The translations under genes and the position numbers were made by a program. Positions 19,149 to 28,323 of a DNA stretch of 64,000 nt are shown piece after piece (positions within the stretch are counted from its first letter, which is position 1; each line of letters opens with the position of its first letter). The stretch comes from an uncultured Acidimicrobiaceae bacterium (GTDB lineage: Bacteria; Actinomycetota; Acidimicrobiia; Acidimicrobiales; RAAP-2): contig CAWHYF010000005.1 of NCBI GenBank assembly GCA_963833585.1, positions 769,774 to 833,773 on the forward strand. Direction: 5' to 3'. The notes beneath the pieces were generated by a model. The model was given only the letters and a program-made list of their open reading frames with translations. It was not told the origin of the DNA and did not search any database.

Positions 19149-20057
19149 TCAGGCCACCGACTGGTGCTCCGGATACCACTGGTTCAGATCGGCAATGACG
19201 TTACGGGCCTCCTCGTCCAATGCCACCGGGCCCGGGGCGTTGGGGAGCCGGCACTGACCGACGTCCAGTCCCAGGGAGCGGCACGCCGCCTTGGCCGGGA
19301 CCGGGTTGGGGAATTCGTCGGTGGACTCGAACCGGTAGGACTCGGCCAGCCGTTGGTTGACCTGCATGGCCCCTTGGACGTCGCCGGCCCGGTACCGGGC
19401 GATCATCTCGGCGAACAGTCGACCCGCCCAGTGGGCGGCCACGCTGACGATGCCGGCGGCACCGATCGATGCGAAGGGAAGGGTCAGCGAGTCATCACCG
19501 CAGTAGACGTCGAACCCGTCGGGACTGTCTGCCACCACCGTGGCCGCCGAGGCCACGTCGCCAGTGGCGTCCTTGACCCCGAGGATGGTGGGGACCTCAC
19601 GGGCCAAGGCCACGGTGAGCTGGGGACCGATCCGTCGGCCCGAGCGGACCGGGATGTCGTAGAGGATCACCGGGAGGTCCGAGGCGTCGGCGATGGCCCG
19701 GAAGTGGGCGGAGATTCCCGCCGGCGAAGGCCGGTTGTAGTACGGAGTCACCGCGAGAATCCCGTCGACACCCACCGCCTTCGCCTCCCTGGTCATCAGG
19801 ACGGAGTGCGCCGTGTCGTTGGTTCCGGTGGAGGCGATCACCGGCGCATCGACCGCCTCGACCACCGACCGGAACAGGTCGATGCGTTCGGGGTCGGTGA
19901 GGACCGATCCTTCTCCGGTCGATCCGGCCACCACCAGCCCGTCGCTCCCGCTGGCCACCAGGTGGCGGGCCACCGAAGCGGCGGCGTCGAGATCCAGGGA
20001 ACCGTCAGGTCCGAACGGGGTGACCATGGCGGTAACCACGGTGCCGAAGCGTGACAT
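19149..20057 (-). CDS. dapA: 4-hydroxy-tetrahydrodipicolinate synthase
   Basis: 302 aa with GSTGEG, the NDT motif (GTNDTAHS) and the Schiff-base Lys context (ILGVKDATGD). Confidence 0.9.
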   Translation of the reverse strand: MSRFGTVVTAMVTPFGPDGSLDLDAAASVARHLVASGSDGLVVAGSTGEGSVLTDPERIDLFRSVVEAVDAPVIASTGTNDTAHSVLMTREAKAVGVDGILAVTPYYNRPSPAGISAHFRAIADASDLPVILYDIPVRSGRRIGPQLTVALAREVPTILGVKDATGDVASAATVVADSPDGFDVYCGDDSLTLPFASIGAAGIVSVAAHWAGRLFAEMIARYRAGDVQGAMQVNQRLAESYRFESTDEFPNPVPAKAACRSLGLDVGQCRLPNAPGPVALDEEARNVIADLNQWYPEHQSVA

Positions 20058-20232
20058 CGGAGCTCAGACCGCCCAGGGCGCCACGGGATGCGGGGAGGAC
20101 GTCACGAATCCGCAGGCTACCAGCCCCCAACCCCCCGGCCGGTGCCGGTACCGGCGCTGGTGGCACCGTCCTGCCACCGGCCCGGTGGTCGGGGCCGCTC
20201 CCACCCTCCCGGATGGGACCCGTGGGCCAGGG

Positions 20233-21366
20233 TCAGGAGGCGAGCCGATCCTTCGGCGGGACCGAGGCCATGGCGTCGTACTCCTCGGAGGTGTCGACCC
20301 AAGATTCGAACTCGATGACACCCAGCTCGGTGAACTTGGTGCGCAGCCAGCCGTCAGCGGCATCCAGGAGGCCCAACTTCTTGCAGTTGGGGACGATCTT
20401 GGAGAACAGGAGGGCCTGGAACTCGCCCCGCTCGGGGGCTTGCTGCACCACCGGCACGATGGCCTTGGGGTCGACGCCCATCCGGTCCCATACCTCCTGC
20501 TGGAGGAACCGGTCCCGCATCCGCACGGCCGCCTCGAAGGCGAACTCCTGACGTTCGCGCAGTTCGGCGGCGTTCAACCCCTCGTAGTACTCCTGCAGGC
20601 TGAGCACACCGAAGGCCACATGGCGGGCCTCGTCAGCCATCACGTACCGGAGGAGCTGCTTGAGCAGGGGATCCGCCGTCATGGCGTGCATCAGGCCGAA
20701 GGCCGCCAACGCCAGTCCCTCGACCATGATCTGCATGCCGAGGTAGGTCATGTCCCAGCGCGAGTCGGCGATGATGTCGTCGAGCAGCATCCGTAGGTGG
20801 GCGTTGATGGCGTAGTGGCCGGACAGCTTCTCGTCGAGGTACTTCCCGAACACCTCGACGTGACGAGCCTCGTCCATGACCTGGGTGGCGGCGTAGTACT
20901 TGGCGTCGATCCACGGAACCGACTCCACGATCTTGGCCGTGCAGATGAGCGCCCCCTGTTCGCCGTGCAGGAACTGGGACAGGGTCCAGTTCTGACTCTC
21001 CACGCCGAACTGGACCCACTCCTTCTCCGACCACTTCTCCACCGGCGTCCCGGTCAGGTCGAAGCCGGCGCCGAAGCCGCCGTTCGCCTCAGCCTGCTCC
21101 TTGACCATCTTCTCCTGGTCGACCTCGGTTTCCCACGGGAGGTCGGTCTCTCCGTTCCACTGGGCTCCCTTGGCCTTCTCGTACAGCTTGTTCAGCTTGG
21201 GGCGAGCCCCCTTCTCGTAGTCCCAGGTAAAGATGGAGTCGTACTCCGAGTGGACCACATGGCGACCGTCTTCCTCTTCGGTGCCCACCAACGACAGGAT
21301 GGCCTCGAAGTCGTCGATCTCGGCCCGGCCGATGATGTCCTCGGTGCTGCTCATCTCGGTGGTCAT
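20233..21366 (-). CDS. Ferritin-like diiron oxygenase (AurF/CmlI-like fold), function unknown
   Basis: ATG at 21366 (MTTEMSSTEDI...), an ATGA overlap with the upstream TetR stop, with AAGGGAGA 7 nt upstream. It has two ExxH motifs (MDEARHVEVF, ADEARHVAFG) plus conserved Glu in FLHGEQG and MVEGLA. Confidence 0.65.
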   Translation of the reverse strand: MTTEMSSTEDIIGRAEIDDFEAILSLVGTEEEDGRHVVHSEYDSIFTWDYEKGARPKLNKLYEKAKGAQWNGETDLPWETEVDQEKMVKEQAEANGGFGAGFDLTGTPVEKWSEKEWVQFGVESQNWTLSQFLHGEQGALICTAKIVESVPWIDAKYYAATQVMDEARHVEVFGKYLDEKLSGHYAINAHLRMLLDDIIADSRWDMTYLGMQIMVEGLALAAFGLMHAMTADPLLKQLLRYVMADEARHVAFGVLSLQEYYEGLNAAELRERQEFAFEAAVRMRDRFLQQEVWDRMGVDPKAIVPVVQQAPERGEFQALLFSKIVPNCKKLGLLDAADGWLRTKFTELGVIEFESWVDTSEEYDAMASVPPKDRLAS

Positions 21367-22223
21367 GACTTGTCTCCCTTGACACGCTGGGTTTCCGTAG
21401 AATCTGTTTGGGTTGAATCTATGGTGGTGGATCTCGAGGTTCGCAGCCCTCCGGCCCTGGTCGAGCCGGCCCTGGTGGTATGGCCCCGGGTCGGGTCGAC
21501 CTGGGTGGCGACGGTCCTCTCCCGGCCGGCCCGGTCGAACGGGGTGATCACGATCGAAGCCTGGGTGGCGGCACGGTGGAGGGCCTCGATGCCCGGCACC
21601 ACGAACGTCGTGACCAGCCGCTCCGTGTCGGCCGGGTCCGTCAGGTCGGTGCCGGGCGAAGGTGCGATGGCGTAGGACAGCACGATACGGGTGGCCCACT
21701 CGGCCACCCGTTCGGCCTCGGCCTGGGTCATCCAGCGGGCCAGGAACGGTGCGGCGAACCGGGAGGCCGCGGTCAGCAGACGGTTGGACTCGTCGAAGGC
21801 CAGGTGGCCCAGGATCATCTCGGGCTCATTGGCCACCAGGTAGGCCAGGGCCTCATGGTTGCGGATGCGGGAGGAGGCCTCGACGATGCCTCCCACCAGG
21901 GCTTCGGTCAGGTCATCGGCCTTCCCCAGTCGGACCCCGAGGGCGGAGAAGAGCCGGGCCATCTCGGTATCCACCACCGCCGAGAGGATCTCCTCCCGGC
22001 CGCCGGGGAACACCCGGTAGACGGTGGCCCGGGACACCCCCGACTGGCGGGCGATGTCGTCCACCCTGGTCTTGGTCGTGCCGTAGCGGGCCAGGCAGGT
22101 CAGCGTGCCGTCGATGATGCGTACGCGGTGTGGCGAACTCCGGTCCACCGATCCGGCACGTCCACGTTCCGCACTCGGCCCGTCGACACCCACGACACGG
22201 AGTGTGGCCTCCAGTACGCTCAC
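21363..22223 (-). CDS. TetR/AcrR-family transcriptional regulator with a roughly 70-aa low-complexity C-terminal tail
   Basis: HTH segment TKTRVDDIARQSGVSRATVYRVFPGGREEIL. The tail after ...GIEALHRAATQ is Thr/Ser/Arg-rich and runs through an AT-rich promoter-like stretch. Confidence 0.75.
   Translation of the reverse strand: MSVLEATLRVVGVDGPSAERGRAGSVDRSSPHRVRIIDGTLTCLARYGTTKTRVDDIARQSGVSRATVYRVFPGGREEILSAVVDTEMARLFSALGVRLGKADDLTEALVGGIVEASSRIRNHEALAYLVANEPEMILGHLAFDESNRLLTAASRFAAPFLARWMTQAEAERVAEWATRIVLSYAIAPSPGTDLTDPADTERLVTTFVVPGIEALHRAATQASIVITPFDRAGRERTVATQVDPTRGHTTRAGSTRAGGLRTSRSTTIDSTQTDSTETQRVKGDKS
21397..21425 (-). promoter_or_regulatory. AT-rich promoter/operator-like stretch upstream of the diiron gene
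   Basis: This stretch is markedly AT-richer than its surroundings. On the transcribed strand it reads CCATAGATTCAACCCAAACAGATTCTAC, with AGATTC repeated at 15-bp spacing, 30-55 nt upstream of the ATG at 21366. Confidence 0.3.
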
Positions 22224-22256
22224 CCTTGAAACGCTACGTCGATTTTTGTCTCACTG

Positions 22257-22877
22257 TCAATCACGTCCCGGCCCGCCGCTCCCCGAAGGGCTCACTCCGC
22301 TCGGGTCGGGACCCGGGCCCGCCACCACCCCGGGAAGGAGCTCCGACTCCACCAGCCGGGCCACCTGCTCAGGGTCGTCGAGGTCCCATCGGCCGGGCGC
22401 CGACATGTAGGAGAGGACCATTCGGGCCAGGAAGTCCGCCGCCTCCGCCGGGTCCACCCCCGGGGCCACACCCCGTTCGGCCAGGTAGGGGACGAGAAAG
22501 CTCGCGATACCCTGCCGGATCCGGATGCTCTCGACGGTCAGTGCCGGCAGCAGCTTCTCCGGCTCGGTCTGCATGACCCGCTGGAGGACGTCGTGCTCCA
22601 GGATCGACCGATGGGCGAACATGATGCCCTGCTCCATCACCTGCTCGAGCCCCTCGGCATCCTGCACGTGCTCGTACAGTCGCCGGAAGAACTCCAGCAT
22701 GGCCCAGGACACCACGGCATTGAGCAGCTCCTCCCGACCTCCGGGAAAGGCGCGGTACACGGTGGCCCGGGAAACCGACGCCTCTCGGGAGGCGTCCTCC
22801 ACCGTCGTCTTGGCCAGACCGGATCGGGCCACGCAGACGTAGGTGGCCTCGATGATCCGTTGGCGGGTGTCGTCCAC
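22257..22877 (-). CDS. TetR/AcrR-family transcriptional regulator (paralogue of the neighbouring TetR)
   Basis: HTH segment AKTTVEDASREASVSRATVYRAFPGGREELL, closely similar to the adjacent TetR. Confidence 0.85.
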   Translation of the reverse strand: MDDTRQRIIEATYVCVARSGLAKTTVEDASREASVSRATVYRAFPGGREELLNAVVSWAMLEFFRRLYEHVQDAEGLEQVMEQGIMFAHRSILEHDVLQRVMQTEPEKLLPALTVESIRIRQGIASFLVPYLAERGVAPGVDPAEAADFLARMVLSYMSAPGRWDLDDPEQVARLVESELLPGVVAGPGPDPSGVSPSGSGGPGRD

Positions 22878-22890
22878 GCGGCCCGAGGCC

Positions 22891-23706
22891 TCAGAGCCCG
22901 AGCAACGGCTCGATACCGAGGGTCACCCCGGGACGCTCCGGGACCGACACCACGGCCAGGACGACGCCGTCCATGAACGAGGAGCGGTCATAGGAGTCGT
23001 GCCGGATGGTCAGACTCTGCCCGGTGCCGCCCAGTATGACCTCCTGATGGGCCACCAGACCGGCCAACCGTACCGAGTGGATGCGGATCCGGGCCGGGCC
23101 CTCCCCGCCCCGAGCTCCCTCGTGCATGGTGGTCACGGTGGCGTCGGGACGGAACGCACCGGACCCCGAAGCGGCGCGGGCGGCGGCCATCCGCTCGGCC
23201 GACCTCATGGCCGTGCCCGACGGCGCGTCCAGCTTGCCGTCATGGTGGAATTCCACGATCTCGGCGCCGCTGAAGAACGGGGCGGCCATCTCGGCGAACC
23301 GCATCATGAGCACGGCCCCGATGGCGAAGTTGGCCGCCACCACGCAGTTGGGCGAGCCCACCGCCGGCCCGCCGAACCGTCGGCCCAGGTCGTCGAGGTC
23401 GGACTCGGTGAATCCGGTGGTGCCGACCACGGCGTGGATCCCGGCCTCGGCGCAGTAGGCCAAGGTCTCCCTGGCCACCTCCAGACGGGTGAAGTCCACC
23501 GCCACCTCGGTCCCGGCCGAGCCGAGGGACTCGAGCCCGCCGGTCACCGTGAGCGACCCCGCGTCGCGGCCGATCAGCGCCCCCAGGTCGGAGCCGCCGT
23601 AGCCGGGGTCGACCGCCGCCACCAGCTCGAGCTCCGGGTGGCCGAGGACGGTCCGACACACCTCCCGTCCCATCTTCCCCCCGGCGCCGACCACCCCGAC
23701 TCGCAT
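22891..23706 (-). CDS. dapB: 4-hydroxy-tetrahydrodipicolinate reductase
   Basis: ATG at 23706 (MRVGVVGAGGKMGREV, Rossmann motif). It has the EFHHDGKLDAPSGTA signature (E-x-HH-x-K-x-DAPSGTA). Confidence 0.9.
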   Translation of the reverse strand: MRVGVVGAGGKMGREVCRTVLGHPELELVAAVDPGYGGSDLGALIGRDAGSLTVTGGLESLGSAGTEVAVDFTRLEVARETLAYCAEAGIHAVVGTTGFTESDLDDLGRRFGGPAVGSPNCVVAANFAIGAVLMMRFAEMAAPFFSGAEIVEFHHDGKLDAPSGTAMRSAERMAAARAASGSGAFRPDATVTTMHEGARGGEGPARIRIHSVRLAGLVAHQEVILGGTGQSLTIRHDSYDRSSFMDGVVLAVVSVPERPGVTLGIEPLLGL

Positions 23707-23835
23707 GCCGGTCACCCTACCGTCGCCCGGTCCGGCGTCCCGGGACGGGCGGCGGGCACCCGCCGGCCTGCAGCCCCGGCGCCACCGGGGTGCCACCCGC
23801 CGCCCCGCGGCTGGACGGCGCGTCCCGGCCGATGC

Positions 23836-25092
23836 TCACCCCAGCCGCAGTGATCCGGGATCGAAATCCGACTCGTCGAACGGCCCGACCACCGACAGGG
23901 TCCTCGGGGCGGCCACCAACTCGGTGGCCGAGGTGTGCACCTCCTCGAGGGTGAGGGCCTCGACCCGCCCCAGCACCTCGTCCACCGTGAGGATTTCGCC
24001 GTGGAGCAGCAGCCCGGCTCCGATCCGGCTCATGCGGGCCCCGGAGTCCTCACAGGCCAACAGCGTCTCGGCTCGGAGATTGCCCTTGGCGATGACCAAC
24101 TCCCGCTCGGTGATGCCCTCCTCCCCCAACCGGTCGAGCTCGGAGGAGACGATGTCCAGTACCTCGGTCACGTGCTCGGGAGCGGTCCCCATCCCCACGC
24201 TGACCGAGCCGGCGTCGTGATAGGCCACCCGCTCCGACCACACCGAGTAAGCGAGTCCCCGGCGCTCACGGATCTCCTGGAACAACCGGCTCGACAGTCC
24301 GCCGCCCAGGACGTGGTTGACCACGGCCAGGGCATAGCGCTGCGGGTCGAGCCGGTTGACCGAGCGTGCGGCCAGCACCAGATGGGTCTGCTCGGTGGGC
24401 CGGCGGGCGACCGAGAGCGGCTCCACCTTGTCTCCGGGCGCCCAGCGCTCAGGAGTGCCACCGCCCTCGGACCCCGCGAACCGGTCCTCGATCCCCTGGG
24501 CCACGGCCTCGTGCCCGAGGTCACCGGCCACCGCCACCACCATGTTCCCCGGTCGGTAGTGGTGGCCGAAGAACTCGGCGATCCGGTCGGCGGTCATGCC
24601 CTCCACCGAGTCGTGGCTGCCGAGGACTTCCCGGCCCAGGGGATGATCGGGGAACAGGAGGGCGGAGCTCTGCTCGGCCGCCTGGTCCGACGGCTCGTCG
24701 GCGTGCATGAGGATCTCGTCCAGGATCACCTGGCGCTCGGCCTCGAGGTCGGCGGGCCGCAGTGCCGGTCGCCACATGATGTCCGAGAGGATGTCCAGTC
24801 CGAGCGGTAGGTGCTCGGCCAGCAGCCGGATGTAGAAGGAGGTGTACTCCTTGGTGGTGAAGGCGTTGAAGTCCCCGCCCACCTCGTCCACGGCCTCGGC
24901 GATCGCCGAGGCCGAGCGGTCGGCGGTGCCCTTGAAGAGCAGGTGCTCGAGGAAGTGCGACGACCCCGCCCGGCTCTCCTCCTCGTCTCGGGAGCCCGTG
25001 CCGACCCAGTAGCCGATGCACACCGAGCGGGCGTCCTCCATCCGCTCGGTGGCCAGGGCCAGCCCTGAGGGGAGGACCTCGGTCCGGATCAC
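23836..25092 (-). CDS. M16-family zinc metallopeptidase (PepR-like)
   Basis: Inverted zincin motif HFLEHLLFKGT; 418 aa with two M16 halves. Confidence 0.85.
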   Translation of the reverse strand: MIRTEVLPSGLALATERMEDARSVCIGYWVGTGSRDEEESRAGSSHFLEHLLFKGTADRSASAIAEAVDEVGGDFNAFTTKEYTSFYIRLLAEHLPLGLDILSDIMWRPALRPADLEAERQVILDEILMHADEPSDQAAEQSSALLFPDHPLGREVLGSHDSVEGMTADRIAEFFGHHYRPGNMVVAVAGDLGHEAVAQGIEDRFAGSEGGGTPERWAPGDKVEPLSVARRPTEQTHLVLAARSVNRLDPQRYALAVVNHVLGGGLSSRLFQEIRERRGLAYSVWSERVAYHDAGSVSVGMGTAPEHVTEVLDIVSSELDRLGEEGITERELVIAKGNLRAETLLACEDSGARMSRIGAGLLLHGEILTVDEVLGRVEALTLEEVHTSATELVAAPRTLSVVGPFDESDFDPGSLRLG

Positions 25093-25135
25093 CGGGTGAC
25101 GACCGAGACCATCGTCACCCGGTGCTCACCCGTGC

Positions 25136-27623
25136 TCAACGGCGACGGCGACCACCCCGGCCGCCACCGCCACCACCGCTGGGGCGGTCGGAGGACTCGA
25201 CCGAGGAGGGGCCGAGGTCACCGAACTCCTGGACCAGCTCCTCCTCGAAGGCGGCCTCGAACGAGGCGGCCCCGGAGGGAGCAGGGCTCGACTCAGCCGG
25301 ACGACGACCCCGTTCGGGACGGTCGCCACGGTCACCCGGATCGGCATGGTCGCCGCGGGGACGGTTCCGGCCACCTCCGTCACCCCGGCCCTCGCCGCGT
25401 CCGTTACGGCTCTCCCCACCCGACGATGCAGTGGCCGCGGGGGCCTCGCCGGCCAGGGACAGGGAGACCTTGCCCTGCGGGTCGATGTCGTCCACCCGCA
25501 CCTCGACCGGCTGGCCCAGGTCGAACACGTCCTCCACCCGCTCGACCCGCTTGCCCTGGCCGATCTTGGAGATGTGCAACAGCCCGTCCCGACCCGGGAG
25601 GATGTTGACGAAGGCGCCGAACTTGGTGATGTTGACCACCTTGCCCTGGTAGGTGGCACCCACCTCGGCCAGCGGCGGGTCCAGGATGGTGGAGATCCGG
25701 CGACGGGCCTCCTCGACGGCCAGGCCGTCCTTGGCCCCGATGGTCACGGTGCCGACCATGCCGTCGTCGTCCACCGCGATGTCGGCCCCGGTCTCCTGCT
25801 GCAGTGCGTTGATGACCTTGCCCTTGGGTCCGATGACCTCGCCGATCTTGTCCATGGGGATCTCGAAGGAGATGATCTTCGGGGCCGACTCGGCCACCTC
25901 GCTGCGGGGCTCCGGAATGGCGCCGCCCATCACGTCGAGGATGGTGAGACGGGCCTCTTTGGCCTGCAGCAGTGCCTTGGTCAGCACGTCCAGCGGCAGG
26001 CCGTCGATCTTGGTGTCGAGCTGCAGGGCGGTCACCACGTCCTTGGTCCCGGCCACCTTGAAGTCCATGTCCCCGAAGGCGTCCTCGGCCCCGAGGATGT
26101 CGGTGAGGGTGACGTAGGTGCCACCGTCGTAGACCAGGCCCATGGCGATGCCGGCCACCGGGGCCTTCAGGGGCACACCGGCCGCCATCATCGAGAGGGT
26201 CGATCCGCAGACCGAGGCCATCGAGGTCGAGCCGTTGGAGGCCAGCACGTCCGAGACCAGCCGGAGGGTGTACGGGAAGTCCTCCTCATAGGGGACGACG
26301 GGCAGGAGGGCCCGCTCGGCCAACAGACCGTGCCCGATCTCCCGGCGCTTGGGGCCGCGCATGAACCCGGTCTCCCCGGTGGAGAAGGGCGGGAAGTTGT
26401 AGTGATGCATGTAGCGCTTGTGGTCATCGGGGGTGATGGTGTCCAGCAACTGGTTCATCCGAGGCATGCCCAGGGTGGTCACGTTGAGCACCTGGGTCTC
26501 CCCCCGTTGGAAGAGCGCCGAGCCGTGGGCCGTGGGGAACAGGTCCACCTCGGCGGAGAGCGGTCGGATCTCGTTGGTGGTCCGGCCGTCGATGCGGAGG
26601 CCCTCCTCCACGATGCGCCGCCGCACCAATTTCTTGGTCAGGCCTCGCACCGCCGCTTTGACCTCGCCCCCGCGGTCGGGGAACTCGGCCGCGAGCGATC
26701 CGGTGATGGTGGCGGTGGCCGCGTCCAGGGCCGCGTTGCGGTCGGCCTTGGCCACGATCTTGTTGGCCTCGGCGATGGCGTCCGAGCCGACGGCCTGGAC
26801 CCGCTCGAACACGTCATCCTGGTAGTCGGAGAACGTCGAGTACTCGATGATCTCGACCGGGCCCCGGGCGGCCACGTAGGCCTCCACCATCTGGCGCTGG
26901 AGCACGATCGACTCGCGGATCCACTGCTTGGCCGCTTCGAGCCCGTCGGCCAGCACCTCTTCGGTGACCTTCGGGGCACCCTCGTCGTAGTACTGGAACG
27001 AGCGCTCGGAGCCACCGGCCTCGACCATCATGATGGCGATCTCGGCGTCCTCGGCCTCGGAGAGGGCCCGACCGGCCACCACCAGCTCGAAGGTGGACTC
27101 GTCTCCCTCCTGGAAGGTGGGGTGGGGGATCCACTGGCCGTCGGTGGAGTAGGCCACCCGGACCGCCCCGATGGGACCCTCGAAGGGGATGCCCGAGATC
27201 ATCGAGCGCGGCCGAGGCGGCATTGATGGCCAGGACGTCGTGGGGGTTGACCTGGTCGGCGCCGAAGATGGTGCCCACGATGTGGACCTCGTTGCGGAAG
27301 CCCTTGGGGAACGAGGGGCGGAGGGGCCGGTCGATGAGCCGACAGGTCAGGATGGCCTGGTCGGAGGATTTGCCCTCCCGACGGAAGAACGAGCCGGGAA
27401 TCTTGCCGGCGGCATAGGCCCGCTCCTCGATGTCCACGGTCAGCGGGAAGAAGTCGGCTCCCTCCCGGACCGACCGGGATGCGGTGGCCGTGGCCAGCAG
27501 GACGGTGTCACCGATCCTGGCCACCACGGCCCCGTCGGCCAGCTGGGCCAGTTTTCCGGTCTCGAGGGTGAGTGTGCGATCGGTGCCGCTGATGGGCGTC
27601 GAAACGGTTATGGCGTCTGACAT
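25136..27623 (-). pseudogene. pnp: Polynucleotide phosphorylase interrupted by one extra nucleotide (frameshift near 27203); may be an assembly error
   Basis: The N-terminal 140 aa ([13 protein letters not shown]...[12 protein letters not shown] at 27623) are in the frame of ORF 26814..28196. The protein continues as [16 protein letters not shown]... in ORF 25136..27223. On the coding strand the junction reads GCG CTC g ATG ATC. KH and S1 domains are present, followed by a roughly 100-aa Arg/Gly-rich tail. Confidence 0.85.
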
Positions 27624-27851
27624 GACGCTCCTTGGTCTGTTCGGGGACTCCCCGAGCCAGTTCCCAGTTGTCGACCACCCGGCTCGTGCACTCGGCGGCG
27701 GGGTAATCGGCAACTGGTGACTGACCTCGTCGGGAGCCCAATTGTGTGTGTTGTCTACGAACCGCCGTTGGTCCGACGGGCCGCTGCTACTGCACGCCGA
27801 CACCGTGCCGGCCTGCGGTCCCCCGGCATGGCGCCGGCGGAGAAATTGCGA

Positions 27852-27873
27852 CCGCCCGGCCGGAGCCGGGCGG
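27852..27873 (-). terminator. rpsO-pnp intergenic hairpin (terminator/attenuator or processing stem)
   Basis: Perfect 9-bp GC stem (CCGCCCGGC / GCCGGGCGG) with a 4-nt loop, 17 nt after the rpsO stop. On the transcript it is followed by TCGCAATTTCTCC. Confidence 0.5.
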
Positions 27874-27889
27874 AGCGAACGAAAGGCGC

Positions 27890-28147
27890 CTAGCGGCGGA
27901 GTCCGAGGCGACCGATGATCTCCCGGTAGCGCTCGACGTCGTTGTTTCGGACGTAGTCCAAGAGGCGCCGACGACGCCCGATCAGTTTCAGGAGACCACG
28001 ACGGGTGTGGTGGTCGCCCTTGTGCACCTTGAGGTGCTCGGTGAGGTGGATGATGCGCTCGCTCAGGATGGCGATCTGCACCTCGGGGGATCCGGTATCG
28101 GTCTCGTGGAGCCGGTACTCGGAGATGGTGGCCTGCTTGTCTGGCAT
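27890..28147 (-). CDS. rpsO: 30S ribosomal protein S15
   Basis: ATG at 28147 ([32 protein letters not shown]...); 85 aa, a full-length S15 pattern. Confidence 0.95.
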   Translation of the reverse strand: MPDKQATISEYRLHETDTGSPEVQIAILSERIIHLTEHLKVHKGDHHTRRGLLKLIGRRRRLLDYVRNNDVERYREIIGRLGLRR

Positions 28148-28323
28148 GTGGGGAGTGGACCTCTGATGTCTTCGGAAGGGCCGGCGGACGGAACACACCA
28201 GCATCCTCATGCTAGCAGGAACGCCGGCCATGCCGGGGTCCCCCGGCCATTCCTCCTGGGTGGCGCCACGGAGGGGCCCCCGCCGGCCCCCCTGCTCCCC
28301 ATCGGCGCGACACCGGCGCGACA

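Noticed and set aside
20058-20232. A lysine riboswitch or other leader element upstream of dapA; the region also contains the 12-bp palindrome GCCGGTACCGGC (20141-20152).
   Set aside because: I could not recognise the conserved lysine-riboswitch core, and the region is short and GC-rich. The palindrome and nearby hairpins fit a terminator for the upstream diiron gene. A covariance-model scan would be needed to be sure.
21379-21403. A plus-strand sigma-70-like pair, TTGACA (21379) and TAGAAT (21398).
   Set aside because: The spacer is only 13 nt (16-18 is needed). It would also drive transcription antisense into the TetR gene. The AT-rich patch is better explained as the minus-strand promoter/operator region of the diiron gene.
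27190-27215. Programmed ribosomal frameshifting as the explanation for the pnp frame break.
   Set aside because: There is no slippery heptamer and no downstream pseudoknot-like element at the junction (…GCGCTCGATGATC…), and no PNPase is known to need recoding. A sequence error or a genuine mutation is more parsimonious.
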